A DNA stretch of 58,242 bases, counting the filler, from Sphacelaria rigidula (lineage: Eukaryota), in NCBI GenBank assembly GCA_964200075.2. It is 10 parts of 10 records of this genome, joined end to end, with 100 filler letters (N's around TTAATTAATTAA, not from the genome) between each part and the next. Parts side by side here need not be neighbours in the genome. Positions count along the whole stretch, not along the records: positions 11,671 to 17,404 come from CAXNAA020024860.1; positions 17,505 to 23,238 come from CAXNAA020024861.1; positions 23,339 to 29,072 come from CAXNAA020024862.1; 7 more parts are not named here. One strand, written 5' to 3'. Of this stretch, positions 11,671 to 23,506 are shown one piece after another (position 1 is the stretch's first letter; each line of letters begins with the position of its first letter). A program made the translations under genes and the position numbers. Under the pieces are notes generated by a model. That model worked only from the letters and a program-made list of their open reading frames with translations. It made no database searches and was not told where the DNA came from.

Positions 11671-11785
11671 GTCATCGCCAAGCGACGCCAACCCCATCGG
11701 GGGTCCGCCTCTACAAAGCCGGGACGGAGCACGCCGGATTCTCGCCGGACCAGGCTGAATCGATAGGGGGGGAGGGGGGGGGGTA
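11671..11785 (+). repeat. Repeat family B, 3' part (contig start)
   Basis: Matches 25970-26070, ending GGCTGAA..ATAGGGGGG. Confidence 0.85.
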
Positions 11786-11934
11786 CAAGGAAGTCAATCT
11801 TTCGTTTCGTGCGTAAGTTAATCGGTATGTTAATGTTGCCGCTGTGTGGACAGACGGTTGAGATGCGTGAAGTTGCTCTCAAAAGGACAAATACGTTTAG
11901 AGACACAACAAAAGCCGATAGGGCCTGGGGTGTG

Positions 11935-12005
11935 GGGGGTGTATTCATTTGTTGCTTGCCCCAGTCGTGTCACCATTGACCGCGGATCCCTTTCGAGACG
12001 GAGAT
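11935..12005 (+). repeat. Repeat family A
   Basis: GGGGGTGTATTCATTTGTTGCTTGCC...CCCTTTCGAGACGGAG. Confidence 0.85.
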
Positions 12006-13695
12006 AGCCGGAGGAGGGGGAGGGGGAGTATCTATTGCTTTTTTGCATACCTCGGTGATTGTGGAAGACCCTATCGACAGCGCGTTCTCGAGAGGATGGA
12101 GCATCGGAGCCTTACCTGTGGACACGCGATCTTTGCGAGAGTCGATCCCTACTCAGGAAGATAGGAGATGATCTCTCTACGTAAGCGTGACTCTTTGCGG
12201 CTACACAGACATACATACACGGTTCGTTCTGCTGACGTCGAGTGTCCACTAGAAACGAGTACTTTCGCTTATTTTCACCTTGTTTGTGTCACGCTATCTT
12301 CTAAAAACTACCGGATAGGTAAGCAGATCAACCGATACAGTAGCCCGACAGTGAGATTATCCATCAATCTCTCCATCGCTAGTGTAGATTGCCCGATTAA
12401 TCAAGAGCGCCAACCAAGCTGTGCGCTGTCTATGCAAGGGTGTATGTATATGTATATATATATATACATACACACATGCACATTCTGACAGAGAGTATCC
12501 AGTTTGCAGTCGTTTTGAACGGAAGATAGCACTCTGGCCTCGAAAAAAGCGTGGTGTAAATTTCAGCTGCATAGCCCCTACGACAATCACATCTACGCCT
12601 GCCTGTCGTCTCCCGTCGCTGGTGGCAGACATCCTCGAGCGACAAATGACAACGCCAAAAAAAAAAAAGGAAAACAGCGACTCTAGTCGTTCACTTCTAC
12701 GCGCCGTGCTTGACTTGAAAAAACATACATGCTGATGGTGCCCCTCTGTCCCCTCCTCTTCCTCGTGGACCCACCCCCTTTCGTCGCACCGCCCGCGTAT
12801 CGACAAAAATGAACATTTTAACACGGCGGGTGCATGCAGGATCGAAGAAGAGACGATCTGCGTGAATGCGCTGAAGCGGGGAGACTCCTTCGACGCCATT
12901 CCTTATCACACCTGCCCCGCCCTGCGAGTTCACCGGCTACTGCGGTTGCTGCTGCTATTGCTGGCGCTCAGCATGGCTCTATGACGCACAGCGCTCACTT
13001 CGCTGACCCCATCAAGAGAGCTGTAGTTCAGCAGAGTGTTGACGAAGGATCGGTGCAGCGGCTGACTGACGATAAAAGTAATGGGACGGCAAGAAGAAAA
13101 AGCGCGTCGGGTAAAAACAGCGCTGTCTCTAGCGCTGCTGATAGCGAGCACAAGGCTTTGCACACAACAAACGATGATGATGAGGCGTTGCGTGTTGGCG
13201 GGGATGGAGACACAGAGCAAAAGGGGGCGGAGGTGGTAGATGAGGTGCCCGAGAGACGCATCGTGCGGCGATGGCCTAGTAGCGCCGACCTGGGAATGAT
13301 TTCGAATGGCCTTTGATGAGCGTAAAACCTCGATGCCAACATATTACGGTTTCGGACGAATCATTGCTGGTTCGAATCACCGAATCCACGATTTCTTAGG
13401 TCCGATTGCTTGAAAGAAAGAAAAGAAGTCGACCGCTGGTTAAACAGGTATGCACGCAACTTTTGCGCCAGTTCACGTGCCTGGGCTGCGCGTGCCTGGG
13501 GTGCAACGCTGGAAACAAAGCCTAAGGATTGATTCGTACGGTACAAATCAATTACACTGAAATCAAATGATTCCCCAGGGGTTTACACGTTACACGTTCA
13601 CGTTCACGTTCACGTTACGTCCATCACGTGAAATTATTATCGTTCACGTTACCTTACTTATGTCACGTTGAAAAACATTTACATTACATGAACGT

Positions 13696-14297
13696 TGTAG
13701 AAATAACTCGTGTCGGTAGCACTGTCCTTGCGACAGGCTAACTACCGTTCAGCGAACATTAGTATGCAGAGGTTGCACCGTGGTTGGTTAGACCACTTTC
13801 TTCCGCAGCACAGAATAAAATCAGTGGGACAAATGGTTGATTGGGCTCTTTATTCGGCCAAGAAAAGCAGGACTCACAGTTTCCTCTCAAAGCGGAGAAC
13901 TGATGGTGGGTGAAGGAGAGTGATTGTAAGGGGCAGTGAGGACCACCGATTACAATTGCTCAATGCTTGGAACAAAAACCAGAGCTCTACACGGACGTAG
14001 ACTAAAACGCGTCCTTGGCTCTGACGTGTTGGCTTGCCAGCTCACAAACTGGATTCTTACTCAACCTACGACATTCACAAATAATGGCAGCACACTGTCT
14101 TATCCTACGAGCTTACATGGCAAGTCTGCTAAGATATTGAACTCAAGGTCCTATACAGAAAACAGTAATTGCACCCTTGGTCAATATTGGGGACTCCTAG
14201 TTGAACCGGAGCATATTTTGCCGCTAATTTGCTACAAAGTAAAAACTCACACACAGAAAACAAACAGCTAGAATTCTGGCTGTATAAATTTCCAACA
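13696..14297. mobile_element. Solo LTR (602 bp)
   Basis: TGTAGAAAT...ATTTCCAACA ends; perfect 5-bp TSD AACGT (13691-13695, 14298-14302); related uninterrupted sequence near 8475 has a single AACGT. Confidence 0.9.
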
Positions 14298-14789
14298 AAC
14301 GTTCCACTTGAAATTTCTACGTTACGGTCACGTTACGTTTATCACGTGAAACAAAATTAACGTTAAGTTCACGTTACATGTAACGCAATATGCAGCGTTT
14401 CAATGTCACGTGTAACGTCTAATATTATAGCGTATCGTTGACACGTGTAAAGTTCGAATGTAACGTTTCATTCTGTGCATGTCGCGGTTCATTTACCAGT
14501 GTTTAAGGCGTTGTAACGTGTCGTGTAACGCGTGACGTTCCCGTGTACGTGACGCTGACGGTGACTCGCCGTATGTTTGAGCGTAGGCGCATTATCTGAT
14601 TATTTCATGTTAATTTCTCTACAGTGTGTTGTTCATTTGTTTTGACCGTAATATTTTCATATCTCCTCTTGTCTTTTTCATCTCTTTGTTTTCAATTTTC
14701 AAGTTTGGAATGCTTGGTCATTCGCACGACAGCACATACTGTACACACAACAGTTCGTGAACATGATTGAACGCCGACTTTAGTCGTCC

Positions 14790-15090
14790 TGACATTTCGC
14801 GACGTATCTCATGAGGTGGCCGCACCGGTCTCCCTTCGGCATCAAGACTCGGCAGATGACGTTCTTGCCGTTCGTTAAGGCAGGCAGAAATTGGGTCAGG
14901 TACTTCCACATCGGTTACAGAGTACCCTGACGAGTCCTTGTCGCGACGGTCACCTTTCTCCGCTTGTCTTCGACAATTATCGTGTCTGCTACGGGGCAGG
15001 CGAGTACCGCATCCGATGCTGCAGCTGCAGACAGCGGCCGAGATTGGCTGGAGGCTGGGGCACCCCCTAGTTGTGGCCACGTCATGTACT
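14790..15090 (-). pseudogene. hAT transposase N-terminal relic with BED zinc-finger-like motif
   Basis: Reads ...RQGTL*PMWKYLTQFLPALTNGKNVICRVLMPKGDRCGHLMRY (WxY[FL]...C...C pattern); lies within a CAGGG-TIR element. Confidence 0.6.
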
Positions 15091-15840
15091 GGTGCACGTG
15101 AACGTGTACGTTACACCCGGTCTCTCGATATTAACGTGGTCGAGATGATTATGATATTATGATGCAGTGCTGCAACGATAGCTTGGAATGTGAGGTGTGG
15201 TGCGGAGCGCGCAAACTTGCTGCAATAGTACCATACCTATACCACGGTTATTCAAACTCACTCGTGTTTATTAAAGCACAATCTTAATGGAGTTTAAAAT
15301 TCATTGCAAACTTGAAGTTTCACCGCTTCATGTGACGTGCTTATGACCTTCCATGTAACGTGTAACATAACATGAAACGCAACGTGTTACGTGTTACGTT
15401 TATATGCACGTGTAACGTGTAACAGACGTTACACGTTACATGAAACGTTTCAAATTACGTGATTTGAACGTTTAGGCAATTCAACGTTCACGTTACGTTA
15501 CGTATGTCATGTTGAAACAAATTCACGTTACGTTAATATTTTATTTCAAATCTTATCGCTACGTTCACGTTACGTTCATCACGTAATTGTTTTTCACGTT
15601 CACGTTACGTTTCGGCCAACACCTAACGTGAACGTAACTTGTAACACTGTGGCACTTGTAACCTGTAGACCCCTGTAACTTCCGGACTAATCATTCATTT
15701 CTCCGACCCTTGCAACATATACCCACCCATCACATACGGATTCTAAGCGTGAGGCTCTTGATTGATGTTATTCTCCGCGGGGTATGGATGCATGGATAAA
15801 TACGTATGTAGCACCCGTATTCCCCTCTGGCTCTCGCTGT

Positions 15841-17404
15841 TGTTACGAGCTGGGCGAGCCTAGAGGCGGGTTTGAGGTTTGCAGGCCCATGCTCCCGCCA
15901 ATATTTAGAGTTGGATCCTGAAATTTGGTATCGACAATGCATAGAGCATGAAAACAAATTACAGCGGTGCTAGTAGATGCTATCGTTTGACACTGCTAAA
16001 GGTTTAGCGGGGAGAGTCTGGAAAACTAGTGATTAGTTTTGGGCACAGTGCTTCACGGACGCCTGGGGAGGCTTCAAGCTGAGGCAGCTGCAAAGGTGGC
16101 TCGCCCGTGATTAATCCAGACTGGAGACTTGCTGGAGCTGCGCACAGTGGGTGTTTATACGACCCCAGGGCTATGTTGGAGCGGCGAAGTAAGCAGGTGA
16201 ACTGAAGTTCGAGAAGGTTTTGAGAAATCTTCGATTTTCGGCTCGAGAATGTCGAATACTGAGATACCGACGACAGAGCCAGCGGAAACAACCGTAACCC
16301 CAGTCGTTCTAAGGGAAGAGTTGCGGCCGCCCAAATACGGGAGTTTGTATTCTGAGGGTGCCTCTAGATCGTTTTACACGAAATACATGGAATACAAACG
16401 GAGGGTGGAGCATGCGAATGCAGGGGATGCGGTGAGGCATCAGGTGGTTTCGATGGCGCAATTAGTACCAACACCCTTACAGCGCGTCTTCGCGAGGCGG
16501 TTCCATGAAAAGCATACCATCACGCCGCTGCAGTTGGCCACAGCGATAAAGAAGCACGCAGGGCATGCGGCAGGCGCGGAGGTAGAGCTTACTCAGGCGT
16601 CCGCGGCAGTGGCGAAGGCTGTCGCAATGAACCACAAGGGGGGGACTATGCGTGAGAAGGTGGAGCCCATAATGGGTAAGTTGGAAACTTATTTTGCTGA
16701 AAATCCCAACGTAGAGATGATTTATCGTTCGTCCGATGGGGAATTTCGCCTAGGGCCCGCTGCGGTGGTTACTAAAGCGATGGTGGAGGGTCTGGCCCCA
16801 GCGGAATTTAAGCAGGCCGTGCTTGTACAGTTAAAGCACGAGACAAATTGGAAGTCGGACCCGTTTTGAGTCATGGATACGGTGGTGGCCGAAGCTCAGG
16901 CATGGCGGCGGGTCGAAGTGTTCGGAAAATCATCCACTTCATCGCCGCAGTCTTCGAGCTCGCGTAACCGCGGACCAAAATCCGCAGGCTCCAATTTTAC
17001 TTGTTTTCAGTGTGGCCAGGCCGGTCACATCACACGAAATCGCCGAACGCCCTCTGAGGGGGAGTCTGGGAAGACGAGTGCGACGCGCCCTCACAAAGGG
17101 AAAAGACCAGGTAGTCGTGGAGGTGGCAGCAGCGGATCCTCCAGCGGTGGAGGTGCACAGTCAACTTCAGCAGCAGGGACAGCAGCAGCAGCAGCAGCAG
17201 CGGCAGGGGCAGCGGCGTCAGCAGGGGTCCGGTTCTGGTTTCGGTTCAGCCGCAGGGGCTGCTGCTCCGCAACGGGCGGTGCAGGTGGGACCGACCTCTC
17301 AGGTGTCGGGCTCGGTGCCGGCGCCGTCGGCAGCAGAGCAGGGCGAGACGCCGGCTTCAGAGCCGACCGGTTTCCAGCTGAAATTTGAATCCGCTGCTGT
17401 GCCG
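15841..17404 (+). mobile_element. Ty3/Gypsy LTR retrotransposon 5' part (putative LTR plus gag), cut by contig end
   Basis: Starts TGTTACG; gag is homologous to the gag preceding RT-RH-IN on contig 6. Confidence 0.8.
16249..17404 (+). pseudogene. gag: Gypsy gag with in-frame stop, damaged zinc knuckle and frameshift
   Basis: TGA at 16867-16869; CFQCGQAGHITRNR (CX2CX4HX4C with last C changed to R); poly-Q and AAPQRAVQVGPTS shared with 29852-30580. Confidence 0.85.
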
Positions 17405-17504
17405 NNNNNNNNNNNNNNNNNNNNNNNNNNNNNNNNNNNNNNNNNNNNTTAATTAATTAANNNNNNNNNNNNNNNNNNNNNNNNNNNNNNNNNNNNNNNN
17501 NNNN
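17405..17504. other. Artificial contig spacer
   Basis: Same 100-nt spacer. Confidence 0.99.
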
Positions 17505-17611
17505 ATCGACACGCGTGTACACCAGATTCGTTAGGTGCACCTAGCCACAGCTGCTGACCCGCTGCAAACATTTGGGGGGGAAGACGGCTTCGCTCGGTCG
17601 TAAATGTTTCG

Positions 17612-17680
17612 CGTCTTCCCTGCAAAAGAGAAATGCCACTTCAACCTCATTTTTTAGATGAACCCCATTTTCTAGGATCC
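17612..17680 (+). repeat. Repeat family C
   Basis: TCTTCCCTGCAAAAGAGAAATGCCACTTCAACCTCATTTT; also at 28998-29072, 40841-40897, 46502-46574. Confidence 0.8.
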
Positions 17681-18422
17681 ACTGATATTTTGTGTTTTTG
17701 GACCAACGGATTCGAGGGTCATCTTTGATTAGTTGTTTCGGACAGATGATGATCTGTTCGGCGTGTGCAGGGTAGGCAAGGAAAAGAAGCGATCGTGCAG
17801 GCTTCGTCCCACGCCAAAATATCGAACTAGAAACTCACGTATGTCTCGACACGCCAATTGCGATAGTAAATGTCACCGCGTGTAACGGTCAAAACACATA
17901 ATAACACACATGCTCACTGTATCATAGATTCAGCACCGCAGATCCTACTGATCAATGCAAAAATTTAAATAAGGGACAAGGGTTGAAACATCAAGCGAAA
18001 GATCGATGAAGAGTTCTGGGGCGCAGCACACAGCGTGCAAGAGCGGGGCAAATATAAGCAGAGACAGACAGGAAGACGGAGGCAAGAGAGATCTCGCAAA
18101 CTGCAAGTCCTCAGCCCGGGACTGATGAGCCCAATCCTAACCCTCGATGGTGTCAGAAGGTTCTTCAACCCTCTGCTGCAACTTGAACAATACGTGTCAT
18201 CGCCCTTGCCAAACAATCCAACCCATTCTACCGTTGTGCCATACACACAAACACAATCCACGTACGAATGAAAACCCTCCCCGCACTACGTAAACATTCC
18301 TCTCAGCAACTGCTCACTTCCTGGTCGATGGGAAGGGTCAACACCGTCGCTATTCAACACCCTCAAATCTACTACTGGTATGATTATACTTATGTATTGT
18401 ACCATCTTCAAATCTCGCTTAC

Positions 18423-18985
18423 CTGGCCTGCGCCAGAGCCGAGGATCCCGACGAAGCGCCTCTCTTCGCCGGGGTCGATCTCTTGGGTGAAGAAGGGGAT
18501 GACATCCCCTTCGTAGCACTGCCCCACGCCCTTCCCTTCCTGGTGGATACACGAGATGGCGTTGTTATCGCAGCCGCCGCCGTTGCCGCACTCCCGCCGC
18601 CACCAGACCGGGTAGGGCGTTTGGCAGAGGGCGTCGTAGATTTGGGAGATTCTCGTGATCGCGATGGCGAAGCGCCCCGCTTGACGGGGGTGATCTTGGG
18701 AGACTTCGGGGAGGGTGGGGCCTTTGACATGATGGTCGGCCGGCGCTTGGAGGCGGACTTTCCAGCCGAGGATGACGATGGAGCTGCGGCGCGCACTGTT
18801 GTCGTGGATGCCGAGGAGGGGGAAGGTCGGCGGCGAGCGGGAGAAAGCGGAGATTGGCTCTTTGCTGCTATTTGTGCTGCGGCTTTTGCTGTTTTTTTCT
18901 TGGCTGTCGCTCTTGCCTCCCTGATCAGCTGGAAGCGTCGGCGTATCTCGGCTGGCTGTTGTGGCGGTGGCGGTAGTAGTGGCAT
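18423..18985 (-). CDS. Probable first exon of an S/P/K/R-rich low-complexity host protein
   Basis: gccATG at 18985, open frame MPLLPPPPQQPAEIRRRFQLIREAR...SALAQA, ending at consensus CAG|GTAAG donor; no domain recognised. Confidence 0.5.
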
Positions 18986-19099
18986 GGCAGTGGTATCAAG
19001 TGGTGTCGAGTTGATGGGCACAGCAGCAGAAGTCAGCGAACAGGGACGAGGACAACGGAGGGCGTACGTGAGAGATGGCGTTGTGATAAATCAATCAGG

Positions 19100-21924
19100 C
19101 GACGCAATGGAAGCAGAGTGTTGGCCTACTGTAGAGTCGGCCGGCCTTGCGGCCAAAATTCAGGCATGGGAGATGTACCCGAACCAGAATATTCCAACTA
19201 GCAAGAATCTGTGGGCGGGACAAGCTAACTGGGCATGCCATGCTTCGAACTGTACTGCGACCTCGGCTAACCCGGGAAACAAGACGCCACACGAAACGTG
19301 GCACGGAGTACCACCGGCAAACACCTTATTCATTTTCTAAAGCCTGGATTTTGTAGGGTTTAGAGGACAGACTAGTTACAACGAAAAGCTCAGAGGTGCT
19401 GATACCTTAGCGCTGCCCCAGGATACCCGCGCGATGCTATGAAGAAGATGACGGAAACAGAACAAACTATTACGACTAGGCACGTAACATGGGCGTATGT
19501 TCCCCCTACTCCTCTCCCTGCCCCACAGCAAGCGATCCCGACGCCTGATGAAGCGAGGGATGACAAGATCAAAGAAAGGCCGGCCGGCAGCGAGTCCGCG
19601 GAGCAAACCCCGGTGGCGCGTGTTTCACCCCGCGGTTCACGTCGCGTGTCATTCTTGTTCCCCAACTCAGAACTGGACGCAGACGCCTCACAACAGACCC
19701 CCGCTAATGGCGGGGGGTGAGATGACCTCGCCGCCTTCTTGCAGAGGCAGGGGGAAGGCGCGGGATTTTTCGAAATCCTGTCCAGCATCTCATTGATGAC
19801 GGGGGATCTGCGCCACCCACACCGCCTTCGTCGGTGGTGCCGACAGCATCGCCGACAACGCCGACAGCCGCAGCACCGACAACGCCGCCGACAACATCGA
19901 CAACCGGTGACACCCCCGAGCGCAACGACGGGGGGGGGCGATGGAGCTCCAGAAATCCCAAGGACGGAGCTACGCCGTCTTGCACTCGACGACGAGTTGT
20001 CTCTGCCTCCACAAATGGCAGGCCGCACGCGCAGTGCGACGAGAGCGGCAGCCGACTGGAACTAGCGATCATCGGCGGCAGAGGAGCTGGAGAACACGCT
20101 GGCATGGGAAAGAGAGGAATATTTTCCCCGCGTGATGGCGAGGGCTCAAGCGAGGGCTCAAGCGGAAACTGTACTCTATGAAATGGCGGAGGATAAGTGC
20201 GGGATGACGGAGCTGATCACTGCAGCAGCCGGACCAGAGGCGGGAGGCAGTGCGGCCATGCTGGTCGAGGAGACTTTTGCGGAGGAGTATTTTCGTTTTT
20301 CGACCGAAAACGGAACAGAGGCAGAGTCCAGCTTTGGTTTGCGTTCCTCCATCGGTCTGCACGTGAGAGATGTTGAAACCCTCCCCCCGTAACAGTAGGA
20401 GACATGAAAAAATTGGAATATGAGGAAATATGGTCGAGTGCCATGCGTAAATGGGCATGAAACCGCGGGCATATTGTCAGAAGAAGAAATCCCAGGAGGA
20501 GTAAACATTATCACGGCAAAATGGCTGCTCAGTTGGAAAACCGGCGCTAATGGTGCAATAACTAAAGCGAAGGCGAGACTAGTGGCGCGTGGGTTTGGCC
20601 AGAGATTCGCGATAGACTATTTTTTGCAGCCACCCCAGCCATGACATCAATAAAATTGGCCATGGCCGTGGCAGTACAGAGACGATGGCCACTGTATCAC
20701 TTCGACGTTACCCAGGCTTTCGTACGAGCCAAAATGGACACGAATGTGTTCATGAAGCTCCCAGAAGGGTGTGACCCCTTGACAGGTCGCACGGTTAGAC
20801 TGGAGAAATCCATATACGGGGTCAAGCAAGCAGGGAGGCAATGGTCCCTCCACCTGAACAAAACATTGATGGAGGATGCAGGGATGCAATAAAGTAAGGC
20901 AGACCCGTGTGTGTAAAAACAGGAGGAAGGGGGGAGTGTGTGTCTCATACTCGTTGTACATGTAAACGACATCCTAATTGGAGGTGAAACAAAGAGAGCG
21001 GAGAAAGTATGCGATATCCTAAACAAAAAAATTCCGACGAATAACCTAGGTGAAGTCCAGTGGTATATGGGGTGTGCCATAGAGAGGAATTGGAAGATAG
21101 GTACCATGTACGTGGACCAGACGACCTTTATCGACGCCATGCTGAAACGCTTTGAAGTCACAGATTTTTCTGATATTCCCACCTCAGTATCAGCAGACCT
21201 AGGACCGGTGAAGCAAGGAGACAAGGTTGTGGATAGACCACACCGGAGTGCCGTGGGAGGGTTGATGTGGTTGGCTGGGGTAACCAGGCCCGACATTGCA
21301 AATGCAGCCCGAGACCTGGCCCGTTGATCACACGACTCATGTGAAAGACTCTGGCGAGGGGTTTTGAAAGTTTTAGCGTACCTCAACACGACCAAAAATT
21401 ACGGTCTGACTTTCAGTTCACGGGAAAGTAGGCTCTCAGTCTATTGTGATGCAGACTACGCCAAGAAAGATACAGACCGGCGATCAGTTTCCGGGGTAGC
21501 GATCATGTACGGGGGGATAGCAGCATCGAGTACTAGTCGAACGCAACACTGCGTTACCCTGTCAACCACCGACATCGAGTACGTAGCTATAACAGAAGGG
21601 GGGAAGGAAGGTATGTTTGTCAGATCGGTACTGTCTTTCCTACGACCAAGGGTTGTGTTGGGACGTCAGGTGGAGTATGACATTGTTCTCTATGAATACA
21701 ATGAGGGGGGCAAGGCTCTAGTCGACAGCCCTCTCAGCTCGGGTCGAAGTAAGCATATCGACGTGAGGTGGAACATTATCAGGGACTTAGTTAGGACGGG
21801 AGTAGTAAGGATCGCACATGTGGATTCCGAGTGGCAACACGCTGATCTTCTTACAAAGCCGCTCCCAATCACGCTGCTCAAGATGCATCGTCGCGCCTTG
21901 ATGAACATTGGGGACGGCGAGTAG
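19100..21924 (+). pseudogene. pol: Copia pol relic (integrase C-terminus, reverse transcriptase, RNase H)
   Basis: KTPHETWHG; KWLLSWK..KAKARLVARGFGQ; HFDVTQAF; LEKSIYGVKQAGRQW; VHVNDILI; TRPDIA; YCDADYA..DRRSVSG; RSKHIDVR; ADLLTKPL; several stops and frameshifts. Confidence 0.95.
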
Positions 21925-22235
21925 GCACATATTTCGTGTTGTGTGTGTCTTTCGACTTGTCAGCTCTAGATGTTTCAGGTCATGGGTTCCGTAATGCATC
22001 TGCACTTACTTCGGGTGAAGCCGCCCACGCTGCTTGTGGGGCATGGGTTTGTAGGGCGTTTCTCGTTGTCAAGTGCAGGTGCCCTGACCTGGGCGTCTGC
22101 GAATAAGGGCTGTTTGTTTTTGAGCACAAGCGGTGGAGTTTGTGTGATGGGGTTTTTGGCTCGGAAGGCCGAGTTTCCTCCTTGAAACTTTTCTTTTTTT
22201 TACCTTTGAGTGCTGAGGTATCCGATCAGGGGGGG

Positions 22236-22460
22236 TATTCGAGTGCTTCAGATACCCAGTAATGCTGGATCTACGTAAAACCGGGGATCGGGGTGACGTA
22301 CGAGTACCGACAGTCAAGTGTGTGCAAATGTGGTACAGTACGGCTGTAGGGCGCACGAGCAGTTTGCACCCGTGCCCAGTCTCTGCTACTTTCCCTCTCA
22401 TCAACACTATCCCAAGGTGCAGTAGAAGTCGGGTGCTCTCCAATAAAATATTTATAACCA
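22236..22460 (+). repeat. Putative Copia 3' LTR
   Basis: Directly follows the PPT; starts TATT (probably decayed TGTT), AATAAA near the end, ends CA; right edge uncertain. Confidence 0.6.
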
Positions 22461-22661
22461 TAACCCTGTGCCTGAGCCAAGGAATACATGAGAGCGGACG
22501 TGAGTGTGTTTGTGCTGCAGTACAGTGAAACAGGACATGTCACCATGTTTTAGTTATTCGCCTGATTTTAAACGGGTCCTCAGTGTTTGCCGTGTGCCAA
22601 TCTTGAACGCTCGGCCATGATCGCGCTTCGCGCAAGTAATCTATTCCTCTACGAAATCATC

Positions 22662-23170
22662 CAAGGGTGGGTCGAGTAGAGTATACTCAATACTCAGTAT
22701 TTTTGAAGAGTCATACTTTCAGTACTCGAAATTTGAGTAGAGTATTTGAGGTCGAACTCAACCTACTCAATTATTCGAGTAGAGTATTTGAGATCATACT
22801 CAGTCTACTCAAAATTTGAGCAGAGTATTGAGGTCATACTCAAGTGATACTCTATACTCGAGTATTCCTGAGAGTGCTTACTCAATGTTTGAGTAGAGTA
22901 TTTGAGGTCGTACTCGATCTACTCAAAATTTGAGTAGAGTATTTTAGATCATACTCAACCTAAACAAAATTTGAGTAGAGCATTTGAGACTGTACTCGAC
23001 CTACTCAAAAATTGAGTAGAGTATCGAGGTCATACTCAAGCGATACTCTATACTCAAGTATTACTGAGAGTGCTTACTCAATATTTGAGTAGAGTAATTG
23101 AGGTCGCACTCGACCTACTCAATATTTAAGTAGAGTATTTGAGGCCGTACTCGGCCTACCCAAAATTTGG
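22662..23170. repeat. 41-bp palindromic tandem array behind a CAAGGG terminus (probably subterminal region of a hAT-like element)
   Basis: Unit TTTGAGTAGAGTATTTGAGGTCATACTCAACCTACTCAAAA: 7 short units plus 2 extended ~73-bp units from 22732. Confidence 0.9.
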
Positions 23171-23238
23171 GGCAATACACACAAAAGGGTAGACCCTTAT
23201 GTTTTTGGAGCAAAAAAGGGTGGCACATTTTTCGCTTT

Positions 23239-23338
23239 NNNNNNNNNNNNNNNNNNNNNNNNNNNNNNNNNNNNNNNNNNNNTTAATTAATTAANNNNNN
23301 NNNNNNNNNNNNNNNNNNNNNNNNNNNNNNNNNNNNNN
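23239..23338. other. Artificial contig spacer
   Basis: Same 100-nt spacer. Confidence 0.99.
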
Positions 23339-23506
23339 TTTCAGCCTTGCAACCCAGGTACACGCAGCCCAGGCATGTGGAATGGCGCAAAATTTGCGTG
23401 GATACCCCTTGGACCAGCGATCAATTTTTTTCTCCCTTTTGGGCAATCATGCCGAAGAAATCGTGAATTCGGTGATTTTGAGTCGTGATGATTTGTCCTA
23501 ACCGTG
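23339..23506 (+). mobile_element. MITE family E, partial (contig start)
   Basis: Aligns to ~2497-2665 including the right TIR (TTTGTCCTAACCGTG). Confidence 0.8.

Larger units (their letters stand above)
13576..15675 (-). mobile_element. Internally deleted hAT element, ACGTT family
   Basis: TIRs CAGGGGTTTACACGTTACA / TGTAACCTGTAGACCCCTG (17/19); ACGTT subterminal arrays; BED-finger-like relic inside. Confidence 0.88.
13345..15712 (-). mobile_element. hAT-type MITE family E, split by a nested insertion
   Basis: Halves 13345-13575 and 15676-15712 rejoin into the reverse complement of 2406-2665; perfect 8-bp TSD CAACATAT at 13337-13344 and 15713-15720. Confidence 0.92.
19100..22460 (+). mobile_element. 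5'-truncated Ty1/Copia LTR retrotransposon
   Basis: IN-RT-RH order; PPT AGGGGGGG at 22228-22235; putative 3' LTR 22236-22460. Confidence 0.93.

Noticed and set aside
11433..11785. Family B 5' half and 3' half flank one spacer as if a single element spans the gap
   Set aside because: Contigs are ordered by length and B is high-copy and often breaks contigs, so coincidence is sufficient
12834..13316. 160-aa ORF
   Set aside because: Low complexity, no recognisable domain or supported splice structure; cannot be called
18483..19340. 285-aa ORF with an apparent transmembrane segment fused to integrase
   Set aside because: The first two thirds are the antisense of the S/P/K-rich exon and only the last ~80 aa are Copia integrase; a chance read-through
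22732..23170. CRISPR-like array of palindromic repeats
   Set aside because: Units abut with no unique spacers, the longer inserts are copies of each other, there are no cas genes and the context is eukaryotic
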